Of a stretch of DNA of 64,000 nucleotides, positions 61,498-64,000 are shown one piece after another. Made by a program: the position numbers and the translations under genes. Position 1 is the first letter of the stretch; each line of letters starts with the position of its first letter. The notes under the pieces are model-generated. The model saw only the letters and a program-made list of their open reading frames with translations, was not told the origin of the DNA and ran no database searches. This stretch comes from Polyangiales bacterium (GTDB lineage: Bacteria > Myxococcota_A > Polyangia > Polyangiales > Ga0077539), in contig JBGARZ010000002.1 in NCBI GenBank assembly GCA_044229975.1, positions 384,001 through 448,000 on the forward strand, given 5' to 3'.

Positions 61498-63699
61498 CTA
61501 CGGCGCGGCGGTCGACGTCACGCCGAGGAAGTACGCGCCACGGGCGCCCGTGTAGAGGCCGCTCACCAGCACGTTGTAGTCGCCCGGGTCGAGGGTGAGC
61601 TCCAGCGACGACGACAACCCGAGGCCCGGCCCGTCGTCGTTGCACGTCACGCCGGGTAGCGCGGAGCCGGGGCACGCGTCGGCGCGGGTCACCCAGAGCA
61701 CCGTGTCGAAGGACGACCCCTCCATGGAGAAGAGCACCCGCGAGCGCGACGACACCCGGTAGCGAAACACCGCGTCGCCCGCCGTCGAGCCGGTCGCGCA
61801 GGGGAACGTGTACTCGTGCGCCATCGCCGTCGTGTCGCCCGAGTAGAGCCCTCCCCCCGCGGGAATCTCCTGCGCCGTCGAGCAGGTCTCGTTGCCCGTC
61901 ACGGCCATGGGCGCGAGCGAGGGTCGCGTCTCCAGCGTCACCTCGTACGTCGCCGTGCGCGGTCCACGGACGATCGCGTAGTAGGTGCCCGGGTCGAGGC
62001 CACGCTGCGTGTAGCGGGCCGGCGCGCCGTACCGACAACCGCGCTCGGTCGTGCGCTCGCCGCAGGTCGATTGCAGCGCCACATAGAGGTAGTCGCTCGC
62101 CCCGCCGCGGGCGGTGACCGTGACGTCGAGGCGCTCGGTGATCTCGAAGCGGTAGACCACGTCGCGCGATGCGCCCGAGTTGCACGAGATGGGCTGGTCG
62201 CTCTCGAAGACCGAGAGCGCGCCGCGCGCCGCCGTCCCGACCGTGAGCGGGAGCGCCGTGGCGCAGGTGTCTCCCGCGGGCGGGGGCGTCGGGGCGGCGG
62301 TGGTCACCGTGAGCTCGTAGTCGGGTAGCTCGCGCCCCTCGACGGCGAGGTAGTAGGTCCCCGCCGGGAGCTGGTGCGCGGTGATCGACGGAGCCGTGCC
62401 GCTCTCACAGCGCAGCGTCATGGGCGCGCGCGCGCACGAGTCGAGCAGGGACACCGTGACGCTGTCGAAGGTCGGGCCGGTGACGGTCGCGGTGAGGTCG
62501 CGCGGCTCGGTGAGCGTGATGCGGTAGAGCACGTCGGGGGTGGTGCCACCGCAGCGCGTGCTCACGTCGTCGGTGACGCCGATGAGGTCGCCGCGGAACG
62601 TCCCGCCCGCCGGGGGAATCTCCGTGGGCGCGGCGCAGGTGTCGTTGGCCGCGACGGGCGTCGGGTCGCTCAGGGTCACGTCGACGCTGACGTCGGAGGC
62701 CGCGCCGGTGGTCCCGGCGGAGGTGCCGACGACGAAGAAGTACTCGCCCGCCGGGAGGCTGTGCGCGCGCCATGTCGTCGCTGGGTAGGTGTAGATGCAG
62801 GCGCGGGTGTCGCTCGCCGTGGTCGACCCGCACGCGGTCTGCACCATCACGTAGACGGCGAAGCCCGAGCGCGCCTGGGCGGCCACGGTCACGTCGCGCG
62901 GGGCCGTGAGCACGAGGCGCATCACGGCGTCGCGCGCCTGCGTGCCGCCCGCGCAGCGAAACGGGTAGTCGCCCGCGGTGCCCGCCATCGCGAGGGAGAA
63001 GCGCCCTCCCCCGGAGACGTCGAGCGGGTCGTCGCAGGTGTCGTGCGGCGCGCGGGTGCAGCCGCCCGCCTCGCGCATGTCGATCTCGCCGTTGCAGTTG
63101 TTGTCGATGCCGTCGCCGCAGATTTCGGGGAGCGTTCCGCTGACGCGCGGGTCGCGGTCGTTGCAGTCGGCGCCGACCCAGCACAGGCCCGCGTCTTCTT
63201 CGCCCTCGACGCCGCCGTCGGGGCAGCGGTTGGAGCGGCACCCGATGTCGGGGTCGCCGTCGCGGTCGAAGTCGCGCGGGGCGTGCTGGCACTCGTGGGA
63301 CGCCTCGTCGCAGCGGTCGGTGGTGCAGCCGTCGTTGTCGTCACACGCGAGCGGCGCGCCGCGCACACAGCCGCGACGCACGTCGCAGGTCTCCAGGCCG
63401 TTGCAGTACACGCCGTCGTCGCAGGTGCTCGGGTCGGGCACGTGCGCGCACCGGCCGTCGGCCGAGCAGTAGTCCATCGTGCACGGAACGCTGTCGTCGC
63501 ACTGCGCACTGCGGGTGCAGGCGCGACCGTTGGCTGCTTCGACGCCGTCGGCGTCCCGCGTGGGGACGAAGACCTCCGCTTCGGTGGCGTCCATGGGGCT
63601 CACGGTTCCGGCGTCGGAGAAGAGCGGCTGCGGGTCGCCCGAGCAACCGAGCGCTCCGAGGACGGCGAGGCTGGCGAAGAGCGCGTACGGACGAAGCAT
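61498..63699 (-). CDS. Cys-rich lipoprotein with putative metal-binding motif and four tandem PPC-like beta domains
   Basis: Lipobox ALGC, CDD...CT.D.C repeats and DCNDRD...EICGDGIDNNCNG. Four repeats of about 120 aa begin with xDTC or NETC and carry L..G.Y. Confidence 0.8.
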   Translation of the reverse strand: MLRPYALFASLAVLGALGCSGDPQPLFSDAGTVSPMDATEAEVFVPTRDADGVEAANGRACTRSAQCDDSVPCTMDYCSADGRCAHVPDPSTCDDGVYCNGLETCDVRRGCVRGAPLACDDNDGCTTDRCDEASHECQHAPRDFDRDGDPDIGCRSNRCPDGGVEGEEDAGLCWVGADCNDRDPRVSGTLPEICGDGIDNNCNGEIDMREAGGCTRAPHDTCDDPLDVSGGGRFSLAMAGTAGDYPFRCAGGTQARDAVMRLVLTAPRDVTVAAQARSGFAVYVMVQTACGSTTASDTRACIYTYPATTWRAHSLPAGEYFFVVGTSAGTTGAASDVSVDVTLSDPTPVAANDTCAAPTEIPPAGGTFRGDLIGVTDDVSTRCGGTTPDVLYRITLTEPRDLTATVTGPTFDSVTVSLLDSCARAPMTLRCESGTAPSITAHQLPAGTYYLAVEGRELPDYELTVTTAAPTPPPAGDTCATALPLTVGTAARGALSVFESDQPISCNSGASRDVVYRFEITERLDVTVTARGGASDYLYVALQSTCGERTTERGCRYGAPARYTQRGLDPGTYYAIVRGPRTATYEVTLETRPSLAPMAVTGNETCSTAQEIPAGGGLYSGDTTAMAHEYTFPCATGSTAGDAVFRYRVSSRSRVLFSMEGSSFDTVLWVTRADACPGSALPGVTCNDDGPGLGLSSSLELTLDPGDYNVLVSGLYTGARGAYFLGVTSTAAP

Positions 63700-63734
63700 C
63701 GGAGGGGCTCCTTCGAGGTAGGCGCGCAGTATAG

Positions 63735-64000
<266 letters not shown>

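Overview
Very GC-rich, gene-dense bacterial DNA. Cys-rich and Pro-rich lipoproteins, a MYXO-CTERM-like tail and the P-II variant suggest a myxobacterium (Polyangiales-like); this assignment is an inference. I support about 45 CDSs, and most other ORFs in the track are GC-rich shadow frames. Housekeeping genes include queA, tgt, a cyclophilin, an ArsA-type ATPase, plsC, an AddAB-like helicase-nuclease, thrB, an Fpg/Nei glycosylase and a partial glnB. The most notable signals are four. (1) A minus-strand operon with a divergent tubulin/FtsZ-superfamily GTPase (24.1-28.6 kb) and a plus-strand operon with a 1058-aa actin-fold ATPase, a vWA lipoprotein and a lidless Hsp70 (48.7-55.7 kb). These may be two halves of one uncharacterised tubulin+actin-fold+vWA+Hsp70 system. 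(2) A GlrK/GlrR-like sigma54 two-component pair between a SulP transporter and a beta-carbonic anhydrase, with paired TGTC-N10-GACA boxes upstream of both flanking genes, giving a candidate CO2/bicarbonate regulon. (3) An aldehyde dehydrogenase lacking both catalytic residues. (4) Two long intergenic inverted-repeat elements. I saw no rRNA, tRNA, CRISPR array or transposase. All family calls come from reading motifs by eye; no database search was run.
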